Part shown: positions 9,742 to 20,220 of the stretch, in pieces
Position numbering within the stretch: position 1 is the first letter of the stretch
Layout: each line of letters begins with the position of its first letter
Origin: Candidatus Poribacteria bacterium
GTDB lineage: Bacteria > Poribacteria > WGA-4E > PCPOR2b
Length of the DNA stretch: 64,000 nucleotides
Reading direction: 5' to 3'
NCBI GenBank assembly: GCA_965208325.1
Contig: OZ242326.1
Coordinates: forward strand, 3,136,001 to 3,200,000
The notes under the pieces: generated by a model
What the model saw: only the letters and a program-made list of their open reading frames with translations
Told to the model about the DNA's origin: nothing
The model's database searches: none
Position numbers and translations under genes: made by a program

Positions 9742-10779
9742 TCACACATATCCTAGCGGGGTCATCAGCTTTCTAAGTTCTTTTGAGACAACTAAGTCGA
9801 ACGTGTTGTTCTTAGGCGTATGGAACTCTATAGACGCTACGAATCTGTACTCCTGCTGCGCTTTATATTCTATCTGCTTTACGAAGGGCAGAAAATCGCC
9901 TTCTCGGAACTGGGGTATACCGGCGATAAATGGCGGGATGTTTTTGGTCTCTAGGTAAAGTACAGGTCCGTGGTCAATAAATATAGAATAGCCGCCCGGC
10001 CGTTCTTTGTGTCGTGCGTGTGCGGCAGCGAGAACACTCTTTTCCGCCATAGATAACCCGTGCGTAGTAGAATAACATGCAAGTGTATTTTCGATGTATT
10101 CCTTTGTGGGAGGGGATACAATCGAGAAAAGTTCAGGCGCGCTGCATTGGAAGTCCTCTTCAATCCTTACTTGTTTTCCGAAGTCGTAACCGAGTTGCTT
10201 AGCGAAATTTGACGGATTATTGATGCGAGTCATAAAATCGTAGTTGGCGGAGAGATTGTCCCGTTGTTTCATTCTCTGGCGGCGAGTGTCAGGTGAAATT
10301 GAAGTACAATACATCCACTCATCGGGCCCCGACAGCGTGAGTGTTATATGCGCGTTGGCGTGCTCAAAATCGACGGGACTCTCTCGCAAGCTCTTTTTCA
10401 AGAATTCTGTTGGGGTGGTTCCTTTTCTTTTCCAATCGAGTTGCTCCACTAAGATGGAATCTAGCTTGTCAGCGATTAGCTCGGAGTGCTTGTCTGGATT
10501 AAGGCCGCGAAAGACGATTGGTGTTGCTAATCGAATGTGCGTCGAGGGTGTAGCCGACACCGGCGAGAATTGTGAAGCTGAATACTTTATCAAGGCGGGC
10601 ACATCGGAAGGCGGAAGCTGAATACCTCGAGCGAAGTCAGCACTGTCCCAATCAATTGAACGAATAACCAACGAATACGATGGGTTGTTTGGGTCGATAG
10701 CCACCTGCTCAATCTTTACTCCATTCAAAAATTCCGGGTGTGATTGAGCGATATCTTCAAGAGGATTGATTACAAACAT
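9742..10779 (-). CDS. Hypothetical protein (C-terminal K..EY..QQEYRF motif)
   Basis: 345-aa open frame, co-oriented with the defence genes; WMYCTS and FVKQIEYKAQQEYRFV segments. Confidence 0.6.
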   Translation of the reverse strand: MFVINPLEDIAQSHPEFLNGVKIEQVAIDPNNPSYSLVIRSIDWDSADFARGIQLPPSDVPALIKYSASQFSPVSATPSTHIRLATPIVFRGLNPDKHSELIADKLDSILVEQLDWKRKGTTPTEFLKKSLRESPVDFEHANAHITLTLSGPDEWMYCTSISPDTRRQRMKQRDNLSANYDFMTRINNPSNFAKQLGYDFGKQVRIEEDFQCSAPELFSIVSPPTKEYIENTLACYSTTHGLSMAEKSVLAAAHARHKERPGGYSIFIDHGPVLYLETKNIPPFIAGIPQFREGDFLPFVKQIEYKAQQEYRFVASIEFHTPKNNTFDLVVSKELRKLMTPLGYV

Positions 10780-10953
10780 CAGGAAAAAATTTTTGCTTTA
10801 CGGACCTAGGTGAAAAATGCCGAGCCGGAAATCGCCGTAGCGCGGCGCACGATCGGTATTATTGTGGTAATGTGATTTAGGATTACCGAGCCAGAATTAT
10901 GTGCACTGTACCCGATTGTGTTTAAAATTCCATTCTGGTTTGCTAGTTCACGA

Positions 10954-11062
10954 AGGTTGGGTTGAGCAGCGTTCGTTTAACGCGGGGATAAAGACGAAGG
11001 GGTTTCGGTCAATTGAAGGTGCTTGTGACTTGCATGGTGTTGCGAAACCCAACCTACAAAAA
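10954..11062. repeat. REP-like doublet of the same family as 835-1114
   Basis: AGGTTGGGTTGAGC ... GCGAAACCCAACCTACAAAA as inverted arms. Confidence 0.75.
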
Positions 11063-11106
11063 CTCTCTTGCCAAGCAATGCAGTATTTCACAAATTTTCC
11101 AATTTT

Positions 11107-11622
11107 CTATATATACGGACGTGGATTGGTTTTCTTTCTCAAATACAATGGATGCTTAGGAGTGCCGTCAGCGTTTACGCCTAACGTTTTAATGACTATA
11201 CCACTGGAACGCAGTATATCAAGGACGAAATTATCGCGCACTAACCCTTTTCTTTTCCTGCCCCAACCGGCAATAAACAAGTCGGCCTCTTCCACATTCT
11301 TTGAAATGTATTTGTCGTTGCTCTCACCTACAGGATCCGAACACCTCAACAAGTCTTTTGGATCAGGGGCACGATGGGCATACAGATTGACCACGACAAG
11401 ACGCGAGTAGCCCCACTCTTTAGCAAAGCCAACGCAACGCCTGATAGTGTGATCATCTTTCACCGCATCCGCTTTCGAGGGATTTAACAGACAGAAAACG
11501 ACTTTTCCCTCCTTAACAGTGTTTTGTGCAAGTTCCGACGGTGACCACTCCCTGATAAGCTCGTATCGGTACGTCCCGCAATCTGAAATTTTGGCGGAAC
11601 TATTCGTGTATTTAAAGTTCAT
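11107..11622 (-). CDS. DUF1643 domain protein
   Basis: SDCGTYRYEL.REW, LNPSKAD...DHTIRRC..FA..WG, VNLYA, AGWG, PKHPLY: the typical DUF1643 motif series. Confidence 0.85.
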   Translation of the reverse strand: MNFKYTNSSAKISDCGTYRYELIREWSPSELAQNTVKEGKVVFCLLNPSKADAVKDDHTIRRCVGFAKEWGYSRLVVVNLYAHRAPDPKDLLRCSDPVGESNDKYISKNVEEADLFIAGWGRKRKGLVRDNFVLDILRSSGIVIKTLGVNADGTPKHPLYLRKKTNPRPYI

Positions 11623-12161
11623 AGGAAATTCTTTTCCTTTTCGGGTTGTAGGGGCGCAATGCGTGCACGTCGAACGATGATGCGCAATCGCAACTTTGAA
11701 ACAGATTCATTATCCAACACCGTAAGTTGACTTACCGCTAGGAGTTAACTGTAATCTGGGATGGCAGGATTTCAATGATGCGTGTTGATTCGACTCTGAC
11801 ATGGACAATACTTATTATTTTGGCGACGGTTATTTCGCCAGCGAATACCATGCGTTTGTACGCTGCGGGAATCCAACCGGTTTGTTAAGTCAACAGCAAA
11901 ATAATCGAAACGGCAAAACACTACAGGGTTGTTTGGAGGCCGGTACGCTACAATGCACGTAATGTTTATTGGAGGTCACTGTTATTGAAGAGTGGCGTAA
12001 CGGAGAAAAATAGTGTGGACCATCCCCGTTCCTAATCGTTTCGTTGCTCACTCCTTCTTGGGTCTGTTAATCTGTCGATCTTATCCCAACCCTCAAGAAC
12101 TATAAGAATGAGGGCGAACGAGCACGTGCTTTAAGGAAAAGGAAGGGCGCGGTATGTACCG

Positions 12162-12668
12162 TCAATGCTCGCGGAAATCGAGACTGAAGGATTCCTCGTA
12201 TAATTCATTCATGGAATCTTGGTAAGACACACTGATTTTAAGCGATGATTGCATGAAATTATTGAAATCATTATGTGATCCATGGCCTACGCTCTGCTCT
12301 CTATTTTCTCCCGGAGGCATATAGTTGATGCCCGTCGAAAGGAATCTCACCTCGCTTAGTGAGCGTCTACCACTAATCGGAAAGGATAATTCAGTATCAA
12401 ACTTTATATGATACGCGGGGCCCACACCAATATTTTTCACACAAAGAAACACAGTAGTATGGTTTGTCGTCTCAGACCGCAGATGGATTGCCATCCGGGG
12501 TTTTTGGGCATTTAAACGCATTTGCTTGTTTTCGTCTAGTATGTCCTTTGTTAATTTGACGTAGTCTCGCGTTAAGCGGACATAACGCCATGTGATGACC
12601 GCCAACACTACGGCGGCGCCCCCAGTAATAAAGCTAATGACTATCGAAAAGACATCCTTGAATTCCAT
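12162..12668 (-). CDS. Hypothetical membrane-anchored protein (TM, short coil, beta domain)
   Basis: N-terminal TM, then a helix, then a beta-rich region with VKNIGVGPA. Confidence 0.65.
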   Translation of the reverse strand: MEFKDVFSIVISFITGGAAVVLAVITWRYVRLTRDYVKLTKDILDENKQMRLNAQKPRMAIHLRSETTNHTTVFLCVKNIGVGPAYHIKFDTELSFPISGRRSLSEVRFLSTGINYMPPGENREQSVGHGSHNDFNNFMQSSLKISVSYQDSMNELYEESFSLDFREH

Positions 12669-12848
12669 AAATTACTCATGATGATTCTGTTTCAATGTAA
12701 TTGTTCTACTGTAATGAGCGGTCGATTATCCATCAGCTAATCTGCAATCTGCACTACATTGTTTCAATAATTCGCGCTGATTTGACGCACGGATGGAAAA
12801 ATTGTAGCCCGCGGATTCAGATTACGAGAGTTCGCCGGGAGATGTGAC

Positions 12849-15632
12849 TCAGACTTTGTACACCTTCATTACTTCATCGCCATATTTGTTAATAATTTTT
12901 ACAGCAATTGAGCCGGTTTTTGGATAGGGGAATGGTCTGCTGACCGTGCGGTAGAGGGAGTTCCATGCCTCCTCGTTAATTTGCGTCTTTAATGTATTTT
13001 CGAGGACTTTATACGGGGGTCGTCCGTTAGAGCCTGAAAAGTATGCGTGACGGACGATAAAGATTTCGCCATTGTAATTTGTATCAATGAACCAGCAAAG
13101 GATTTTGTCTGTCGAATCAGAGCGCATTTGGTCTTTAGTCGGGACATACACATCCACGCCCTTTAGTTCCACGACGATTTGTGAGTCTAGTTCTTCCAAT
13201 TTTATGATGTCTACATCAGGTTCACCGAAAATCATGAAAAGATTCGCAGTGTCCGTCTTTTTCAGAAGATCGTCGTCGTTCATCATGAGGTCGCTGTGAA
13301 TGCGCACGGTTTCCACGTGCAATATTTTTCTGTATTGCGTAAGCTCAGTAGACACGGACGGCTCGTATGCGTAACCACAGACTATTAGTAAATCGTACCC
13401 CAAGCCTTTCCTTGCTTCTTTCACTGCTTCTTTAATTATTTCGGAAGTAACGCTGCCGAACTCAGGCCCTATGCAGATTGCGACTCGCCTTATTTCTTCA
13501 TCCACAGAGTATTCACCCTCGGCTGAAAGTGATAAGCCAGGGTATAAAGCAATCCAATCAAATTTTAGCCGCTCGCTTTTCACTCCGTTTTGGATGCCCG
13601 CCTTTTTAAGGTTCTCAATTACCATTGTCTCGAACTGCTCCGCGTTTGATTGCGGCTGTTGCTCGGTATCGGTCATCGTTGGTAAAACACGATAAGGAGA
13701 TAGGCTTTCAACGGTGAACGGGCCAGTAACGCGGCACCTTTTCTTGTCGATGTGCGGGTCGTCGTAACAAATGACAAATTCAGAATGCCGGTCAATAGCG
13801 GCGTCAATTTCGGCTTGACGTTTGCGTTTCAGCTCCCACCACGCGTCGATTTCACTTCTGAGCGTCGGCTGCGATTCCGTAATGGAAGCCGCGACCGGTA
13901 TTTCCCACTCTTCCCAAGTCGTATCGGCTAGACGATTGATTTCTGCTCGAATCGAATCTAGCTCATTCTGAAATTGCGCGTGAATGTCATCAATTCCAGG
14001 GGTGTTCGCAATTGATAAGAGTGTTTTGTGTTGAATGCACTTGTAGACGAATCCTTTCTTAATGTCCCCGCTAGTGTTCTTAAGGTAGTCAGGAGACGCT
14101 AGTTCCTCATCGCGTTTTTGCTTCGCTTCGGCTTTTAAGCCGTCAGGTGAATCTAGTAGGAGATAGTAGTCATATTTTGCTGACATTAGGCGGACGCGAG
14201 CTAATGCAAGCATGACACGAGAGGTGTCGATGGTTATCCAGCGTCTGCCCCATTGTTCAGCTACGTATGCCGTTGTGCCACTCCCACACGTTGGATCAAG
14301 CACAAGATCACCAGGGTCGGTAGTCATGAGGATGCAACGCTGGACAACTTTTGGTCTTGTCTGTACGACAGCCAACTTCTCATTAAAGTCTACTACATCG
14401 TTCCAGACTTCCGAAAGAGTTTTACGAGGTTTATCATCAATGAAGTCTTTATATCGCAAAGTCTCGCCCGCCTTTATTATCCGGCCGGTTTTTCTTAGAG
14501 CAGACATTCTTTCGGGGTAATTCAATCTCCAATGGCCACCTGCTGATGGTCTGAACACCTTGCCTTCAAATTCAAAAGGAGTATCTTCCGCGGCTTCGCC
14601 TTGGGAGGTCAAACTAATATCCTGGTATATTTTAGCTCCATTTGGTAGAAGCGACCGATCTGCTTTTTCCTCCCTAGTGAGTTTTCTTGTTGAACCGTCT
14701 GGCAACTCAACATTGGTGTAATAATCGTCAATTGTTTTTTCAGATTTATAGATTTTGTTGTACTTCAGATTCTCCTTATTCTGAGCGTACCAGATCAGAT
14801 AATCGCTTGTTCTTCCTAGATGCTTGGTACCCAATGGCGAGGCTATTTTGGCAAACGCTATTTGCCTGACAAAGTTGTCCCTACCAAAAACTTCATCCAT
14901 TAGACAGCGGACGAGGTGGACATTTTCATCGCCTATCTGAACGAATATGCTGCCCGTGTCGTTCAGCAATTGCCGCGCAACACTAAGGCGGTCTCTAAGG
15001 TAGGTTAGGTAAGAATGAATCTGTAGCTTCCATGTATCCCGATATGCCTTGATTACCTCTGGTTCGCGGGTGACATCTTCGGGGTTTTCATTGACGCCTT
15101 TCTTTTGCGTGGTAGGCTGCCAATTACTAGAGAAGGTGATTCCATAGGGCGGATCGATATAAATCATTTGAACCTTACCCTTGAGAGTTTCCTTGTGCGC
15201 CAGGGAGTTCATTACTAGTCGGGAGTCGCCGAGAATGATGCGGTTGCTCCAGTTATGCTCGTGCTGATAAAAGTCGATTAGCTTGGTAAACTCGATGTTT
15301 TCGTACACATCGTCGAACAAATTGCGGTATTGTTCGCTATCGCCGTTTTTTCTTAGGTCTGCTATGATTGCCTTGGAATCAATGTTTTCTTGAATGTAGA
15401 TGGGGAGAAGATCGACTTCGAGGTCGCTGGCATTTTGCTCGTCTTTGCCTTTCCAGACGAGCTGCGGGTCAAGCGATGCGTCGCGCGGGTATGAGATTTT
15501 CATCGGTGACTTCTCCTCGTCTTGCGCAAAACCGCTCAATTCTTCCGTGGGGTTATTCTTTCTTTTGTCTGGGTGTATAGTGTTTTCGATGGCTCGTGGT
15601 GATTGTGTCCCATTTCGTCGTTGTCGTGACAT
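12849..15632 (-). CDS. mod: Site-specific DNA adenine methyltransferase (type III Mod-like)
   Basis: IYIDPPYGI catalytic motif precedes the VLDPTCGSGTT SAM-binding motif (beta class); adjacent to the Res-like gene. Confidence 0.9.
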   Translation of the reverse strand: MSRQRRNGTQSPRAIENTIHPDKRKNNPTEELSGFAQDEEKSPMKISYPRDASLDPQLVWKGKDEQNASDLEVDLLPIYIQENIDSKAIIADLRKNGDSEQYRNLFDDVYENIEFTKLIDFYQHEHNWSNRIILGDSRLVMNSLAHKETLKGKVQMIYIDPPYGITFSSNWQPTTQKKGVNENPEDVTREPEVIKAYRDTWKLQIHSYLTYLRDRLSVARQLLNDTGSIFVQIGDENVHLVRCLMDEVFGRDNFVRQIAFAKIASPLGTKHLGRTSDYLIWYAQNKENLKYNKIYKSEKTIDDYYTNVELPDGSTRKLTREEKADRSLLPNGAKIYQDISLTSQGEAAEDTPFEFEGKVFRPSAGGHWRLNYPERMSALRKTGRIIKAGETLRYKDFIDDKPRKTLSEVWNDVVDFNEKLAVVQTRPKVVQRCILMTTDPGDLVLDPTCGSGTTAYVAEQWGRRWITIDTSRVMLALARVRLMSAKYDYYLLLDSPDGLKAEAKQKRDEELASPDYLKNTSGDIKKGFVYKCIQHKTLLSIANTPGIDDIHAQFQNELDSIRAEINRLADTTWEEWEIPVAASITESQPTLRSEIDAWWELKRKRQAEIDAAIDRHSEFVICYDDPHIDKKRCRVTGPFTVESLSPYRVLPTMTDTEQQPQSNAEQFETMVIENLKKAGIQNGVKSERLKFDWIALYPGLSLSAEGEYSVDEEIRRVAICIGPEFGSVTSEIIKEAVKEARKGLGYDLLIVCGYAYEPSVSTELTQYRKILHVETVRIHSDLMMNDDDLLKKTDTANLFMIFGEPDVDIIKLEELDSQIVVELKGVDVYVPTKDQMRSDSTDKILCWFIDTNYNGEIFIVRHAYFSGSNGRPPYKVLENTLKTQINEEAWNSLYRTVSRPFPYPKTGSIAVKIINKYGDEVMKVYKV

Positions 15633-15676
15633 TTATTCTCCTATGATAAATGGTGGGTTGGGTGAAAGAGGAATTT

Positions 15677-18600
15677 CTAAACAACGTTATCAATGAAACC
15701 GTTTATGGCGGTTCGCGCTGTGGATAGGTTTGATATTTCAAGCATTTGCCATTGTGCTGAATCAAAAGGATTGTTCGTTTTCTTGTCGGCTACGGACGTT
15801 ATGAAGTTGTTGACGGCGGGACACCACAATGAGTTCGCAGTAGCTACTTTCTCCTTTTTTTTTGCCTTTGCTTTTGGATCACTTGGGTTGCCGGATACTT
15901 CGAGTATTAAATTAAGCAGTTTGTTTTCCCGGTTTTCGATGTGGAGAATGAAATCGGGGATGTACTCACTTCGTTTGCTGTCGAAAACGTATGGGATGCT
16001 AAAATCAAGATTATAGTTTTTGACATACGACGACACGTTGTCCATCCCCTCAAAAATCCTTGCGATGTCTTCCTCCCAGCCCGAATGTAATGTAACGTGC
16101 GAGATATGGCATTTTGTTTCGGTCTCGTAAACAGGGAGGGCTGTATCGAATGCTACATACCGGGTTGAGCCACTTTGCCGATAGCGCTCGAAAATAGGCT
16201 GAATCTCGGAACGTTCACGCGCCGTGTTTTTTATTGCGTTATGGATTCTTTCTGCTGCTTCGCGTCTGTATTCATCAAGCAAAAGCAGTTGCGGATATGC
16301 GCCGTAATGGTAAACAACAAATTCCTCCCGCCAACGTCGCACGATTTCGCGCAACTGCGGAAAAAGCCAGATGTTGTCGCTGAAATATCTGGTCAAGATT
16401 TCGCGGGCTATCCCATAATCGACTTCCTGAACACGTTTCCTTTCGAGGTCGGTAAGGGCTATATGTTCGTCGCCTAAGATTGAGGCGGTAGTCGTGCGAT
16501 CGGCTATCGCCTCAACTTCGTAACGCGCCGCCTCGCCAAACGCGACTTTAAGCACATCTTCGTGGTAGGGATACGTATACCCGCTTAAACGAGGAAAAGT
16601 GATTTCCCATTTTATACGCTCTTGCAATGCACGAACATGCGTCGTCGGTTTTGGGTCTGGCCTCTTCATCGTACCCGCTGACGGAATAAAGGAAAAGGGA
16701 ATGCCATAGACCTCTGCAAACTGAGCCGGGTAGGTCAATTGTTCCGGATTGGCATGCAACGGTTCAGTTTCTTCGTAGTCTGTCCGCCTTAATCCGCGAC
16801 CAACAACCTGCTCACACAGTAGCTGAGTGCTGAACGCACGGACGCCGAGGATATGGGTAACTGTTTTTGCATCCCAGCCCTCCGTGAGCATTGACACCGA
16901 GATGACACACTTGATTTGTTCGCCCATTTTGCCGCGTTTTCCGACTGTGTTCATTACCTCACGCAGCAACTCACCGTCTTTTATCTTTTCAGGATCTTTA
17001 CCGGGATTTCTTGCTTGATAATCCTTTTTGAATTGCGCAATTTCTGTCGCGGCGGCTCTTTTGAAAGTGCCGCTCAACTGCTCTCCTGATTCCGTTTCAC
17101 CGCTGTGGATAAGGATTGTGTTAGGTCTAACCAACCAGTTTCCATCTTTTGCATTGCTAAAGAGCGGCAGTTTGCCGTCCTCTATACTTTCGCCTCCACC
17201 AGGAAGTTGCTTTTTATGACCCGACACCCAATCTCGGACTAACCTAGATACCCTAATGTTGTTGCAAACAATAATCATCACTGGGGGAGAAGTGTTTTTT
17301 GAGTCCGATTCCCATCGGTGATGATATGTCTCATAACTGCCGTAGAGACTTCGGAGCGCAGTTTCTAGTTCTTCAGGGAGACTAACATCGCTGGTTATTC
17401 TGCTGTTCGCTTTTGGCAGTTTATCTTTAATGTGAGGCCAGAGCACAAGATTGACTGGTTGAGATGCGGAGGGCAAACTGTCATCAACCGGGACGCGGGG
17501 AACTTTGACAATCCCGCTTTCTATGGCATCAATCAGGGAAAAGTCGCTGACAACCCATGGGAATAAAACACCTTCGGCTATTCTCTTTCCTCCGCGGACT
17601 TCTCTGCTGTATCCGGCCCCTTTTATAAAAAATGGGGTTGCGGATAGGTCGTATACCACCTTGACGCCCAATTTCTGGTTAACAGCTTCAATACCAGAAA
17701 TCCAGATTCTTGCTTCATCGTTCCTGTCGTCCATCTCCTTTTCTTCATCCTTATCAACGCCCGCGATTTCATCACCCGATTGCTTAGCACGGTAGCAGTG
17801 GTGCGCTTCATCGTTAAATACAATGATATTTTTTTTCGCTTTTAGCTGGCGCAAAACACGATTCACCATGCGACCTGGGGTTTCCTGCAGGACTTCGGGA
17901 TCTGCTTTAAGCACTTTTCCTACAACCTCGGATACGTCCTTGCGTGGCTTAAACTTGTGATAATTTTCGATGACGATATTTGCTTGCGCCAGTTCTTCTC
18001 TGTGACCATGCGGTACGATATCGCGCTCTTTATAGTAGTTTTCGCGCGCCTGTGGATAAAGGACCTTTAAGCGCTCTCGAATTGTTACACCAGGGGTTAA
18101 AATCAGGAAAGCATCGGAAAACTTTTTATCCCGCCGGTTGGCTACTTTGTTAAGTGTGTGCCACGCTATCAACATCGCCATGACGACAGTTTTACCGGCA
18201 CCCGTCGCCATCTTGAATGCGATTCGGAACAGCAGGGAATTAGCTTCGGCATTAGCATCGCGAATTTGGTTTTCAATCCAACCAGCACCTTCTTTTTTTG
18301 CCACTTCCGTGATGTAGATAGCAGTTTCGACAGCTTCAATTTGGCAGAAGAATAATTTTTTTTCTCGGTCGGGGTTGTTCCAATGCTCTAGCAGTTGCCG
18401 AGTGATAGGGGTTATGCCGCGATACCCTCCCCTGCGCCAAGTGATAACCTTCTCCCGGACTTCGTTTATGAATTTGTTTGGCTCAATGTCATTTTTAAGC
18501 CAATCGTCGCCAAAGTCAATAACGCCTTGATCGGGATTGGCTCGCAACCCTTTCGGGCGCGGGACGGGAATAAAATACTCGCTTTGCCGCCGAGACTCAA

Positions 18601-18712
18601 TAATCTCGTTCGTAATTCCGTTTTCATCAAATTTGAAATGGCGTTCCGGTTCTGCAAAAGGGGAATTGATGACAGGCTTTTCGATAACGACGGGTTTTGG
18701 GAGGGCACACAT
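15677..18712 (-). CDS. res: Type III restriction endonuclease Res-like subunit (SF2 helicase + PD-(D/E)xK nuclease)
   Basis: FKMATGAGKT, DEAHH, SMLTEGWD, EQVVGRGLRR, and C-terminal YIPDF...LILEVSG. Confidence 0.9.
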   Translation of the reverse strand: MCALPKPVVIEKPVINSPFAEPERHFKFDENGITNEIIESRRQSEYFIPVPRPKGLRANPDQGVIDFGDDWLKNDIEPNKFINEVREKVITWRRGGYRGITPITRQLLEHWNNPDREKKLFFCQIEAVETAIYITEVAKKEGAGWIENQIRDANAEANSLLFRIAFKMATGAGKTVVMAMLIAWHTLNKVANRRDKKFSDAFLILTPGVTIRERLKVLYPQARENYYKERDIVPHGHREELAQANIVIENYHKFKPRKDVSEVVGKVLKADPEVLQETPGRMVNRVLRQLKAKKNIIVFNDEAHHCYRAKQSGDEIAGVDKDEEKEMDDRNDEARIWISGIEAVNQKLGVKVVYDLSATPFFIKGAGYSREVRGGKRIAEGVLFPWVVSDFSLIDAIESGIVKVPRVPVDDSLPSASQPVNLVLWPHIKDKLPKANSRITSDVSLPEELETALRSLYGSYETYHHRWESDSKNTSPPVMIIVCNNIRVSRLVRDWVSGHKKQLPGGGESIEDGKLPLFSNAKDGNWLVRPNTILIHSGETESGEQLSGTFKRAAATEIAQFKKDYQARNPGKDPEKIKDGELLREVMNTVGKRGKMGEQIKCVISVSMLTEGWDAKTVTHILGVRAFSTQLLCEQVVGRGLRRTDYEETEPLHANPEQLTYPAQFAEVYGIPFSFIPSAGTMKRPDPKPTTHVRALQERIKWEITFPRLSGYTYPYHEDVLKVAFGEAARYEVEAIADRTTTASILGDEHIALTDLERKRVQEVDYGIAREILTRYFSDNIWLFPQLREIVRRWREEFVVYHYGAYPQLLLLDEYRREAAERIHNAIKNTARERSEIQPIFERYRQSGSTRYVAFDTALPVYETETKCHISHVTLHSGWEEDIARIFEGMDNVSSYVKNYNLDFSIPYVFDSKRSEYIPDFILHIENRENKLLNLILEVSGNPSDPKAKAKKKEKVATANSLWCPAVNNFITSVADKKTNNPFDSAQWQMLEISNLSTARTAINGFIDNVV

Positions 18713-19117
18713 ACCTCAATCTCCTTTATTCTTATTCACAATTTAGCGGCTAATGGCGTTAGAATACATAAATGGTATCTGGTCGATTTTGTTATAGTAG
18801 TTATGTCTAATGACCGCATGGTTGGGATTCACGGTTTCCGTAGATAGACATTGTTAACCGGCTCATTGTAAACGGGAGCGACACGGAGATTCCTCTTTAT
18901 CAGGCGCTCAAACTCGTTGCCTACAAGGTATGAGTTAGATGCAGTGTCAATCAGAGAATTGATAGGTGCATTAAATCCGGTTTCAGTTTTACTGCTTTCT
19001 GCTTTGAAACCGCGGTAAAGCTGCGGTGTTTCTGCCATATTTTCGCATCCTTGCTCGGCTTCAATTCTGTTGCGCTTGTCAGTGTCTGAAATTCGCTGCT
19101 AACTGTTTATTGCCGTA

Positions 19118-19474
19118 CTATACTCCATGCATAGTGCTAGCAAGTTCCTTCCTCAATCTAGATAGCTTCTTCTTACACTCTTCTAACTCTTTCTCCGCGG
19201 AATCGCATTCCGTGAGTAGCTGTCCAACTCTAGAATGTGGAAGCCAATTTGCCAGCACATCCGTCAGGCCATCTTTATTTCCACCAACAACATTACTAAC
19301 ATCACCAATTAGGATGTTTATTCTATGTTTGCAGTGGCTTCTGTTCTCTCCGGCAGGACACGTACAAAACGCCATTAAACCGGTAGCTCCCTTATAAAAA
19401 GTAACTTCATAAGGTTCTTCAGCAGAACCTTGCACTAGAACAGTTACTTTATCTATAGAATCTCTAGACTGCAA
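19118..19474 (-). CDS. SWIM zinc-finger protein
   Basis: VQGS..EPYEV...CTCPAG...CKHR motif, C-terminal coiled coil; AGGAGG upstream. Confidence 0.8.
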   Translation of the reverse strand: MQSRDSIDKVTVLVQGSAEEPYEVTFYKGATGLMAFCTCPAGENRSHCKHRINILIGDVSNVVGGNKDGLTDVLANWLPHSRVGQLLTECDSAEKELEECKKKLSRLRKELASTMHGV

Positions 19475-19860
19475 TCCCTTAAGCTCCTCCTATGAATTCT
19501 AAAATATGTTTAACCCCGGCTGCAGCGAATTAAGACGTTCCGGATGAATTGGCTATTGACAATTTACGCGGGGAATGTCTTTCATCTATGCATTCCACTA
19601 CTTACTTTGTTTCTGGACAATGGCGTTATACATGTTCAGTCTAGAGTTAAATTGCCATACGAATCGTCGCAGTCAGAAACTGTAAAGGTCGTCTACGTGG
19701 TTAGAAACTTGCCATCCAGGTGGCACGTGCGTAGTAACGCTTAGAATTGAATGAAGATTTGAGGTAGATGCTGTCGATACACTCTGCGCCTATCCTACCT
19801 GTTATTGGCTTGCAAGCGCTAGTGTACGTTATCCGGGTAAGTTCAATTAGTAGGAATGGT

Positions 19861-20220
19861 TTACCAGTGGGTAGTTTCCTGTTCTATTTGATAATTCCTA
19901 ATTCTCTTATAAAGGTCATTTTTCAAATTAGAAATTTCGGTCTTTTTGTCTCGAATGTATGCATCAACTGAATAATCCAATATCTCTTTCAACTCCTCCA
20001 AATTCCTAAGAGGCTGCCGAGTTTTTATAGAGAGCTCGGTAGATGTGTCGACAAGACGATTGGGTTCGCTACCCAATAAAACATTGAGTGCATGTTTATC
20101 GCATTGATCGCTTACAAACGTCTTTAACTCTGCTTCATCCATGTCCGTTAATGGCTTAACACCGAAAGTTTGACTGTATTCATTCTGAATATGTTTGAAT
20201 AATGTTTCTACCGCATTCAT
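19861..20220 (-). CDS. Hypothetical protein
   Basis: 119-aa ORF with AGGAG RBS; helical composition, no recognised motif. Confidence 0.55.
   Translation of the reverse strand: MNAVETLFKHIQNEYSQTFGVKPLTDMDEAELKTFVSDQCDKHALNVLLGSEPNRLVDTSTELSIKTRQPLRNLEELKEILDYSVDAYIRDKKTEISNLKNDLYKRIRNYQIEQETTHW

Noticed and set aside
11726..11894. Possible MITE bounded by GTTGACTTA/TAAGTCAAC
   Set aside because: Only a 9-bp inverted match, with no second copy in the window.
18829..19038. 69-aa minus-strand ORF upstream of res
   Set aside because: Short and without motifs; it may be real or a remnant but cannot be supported.
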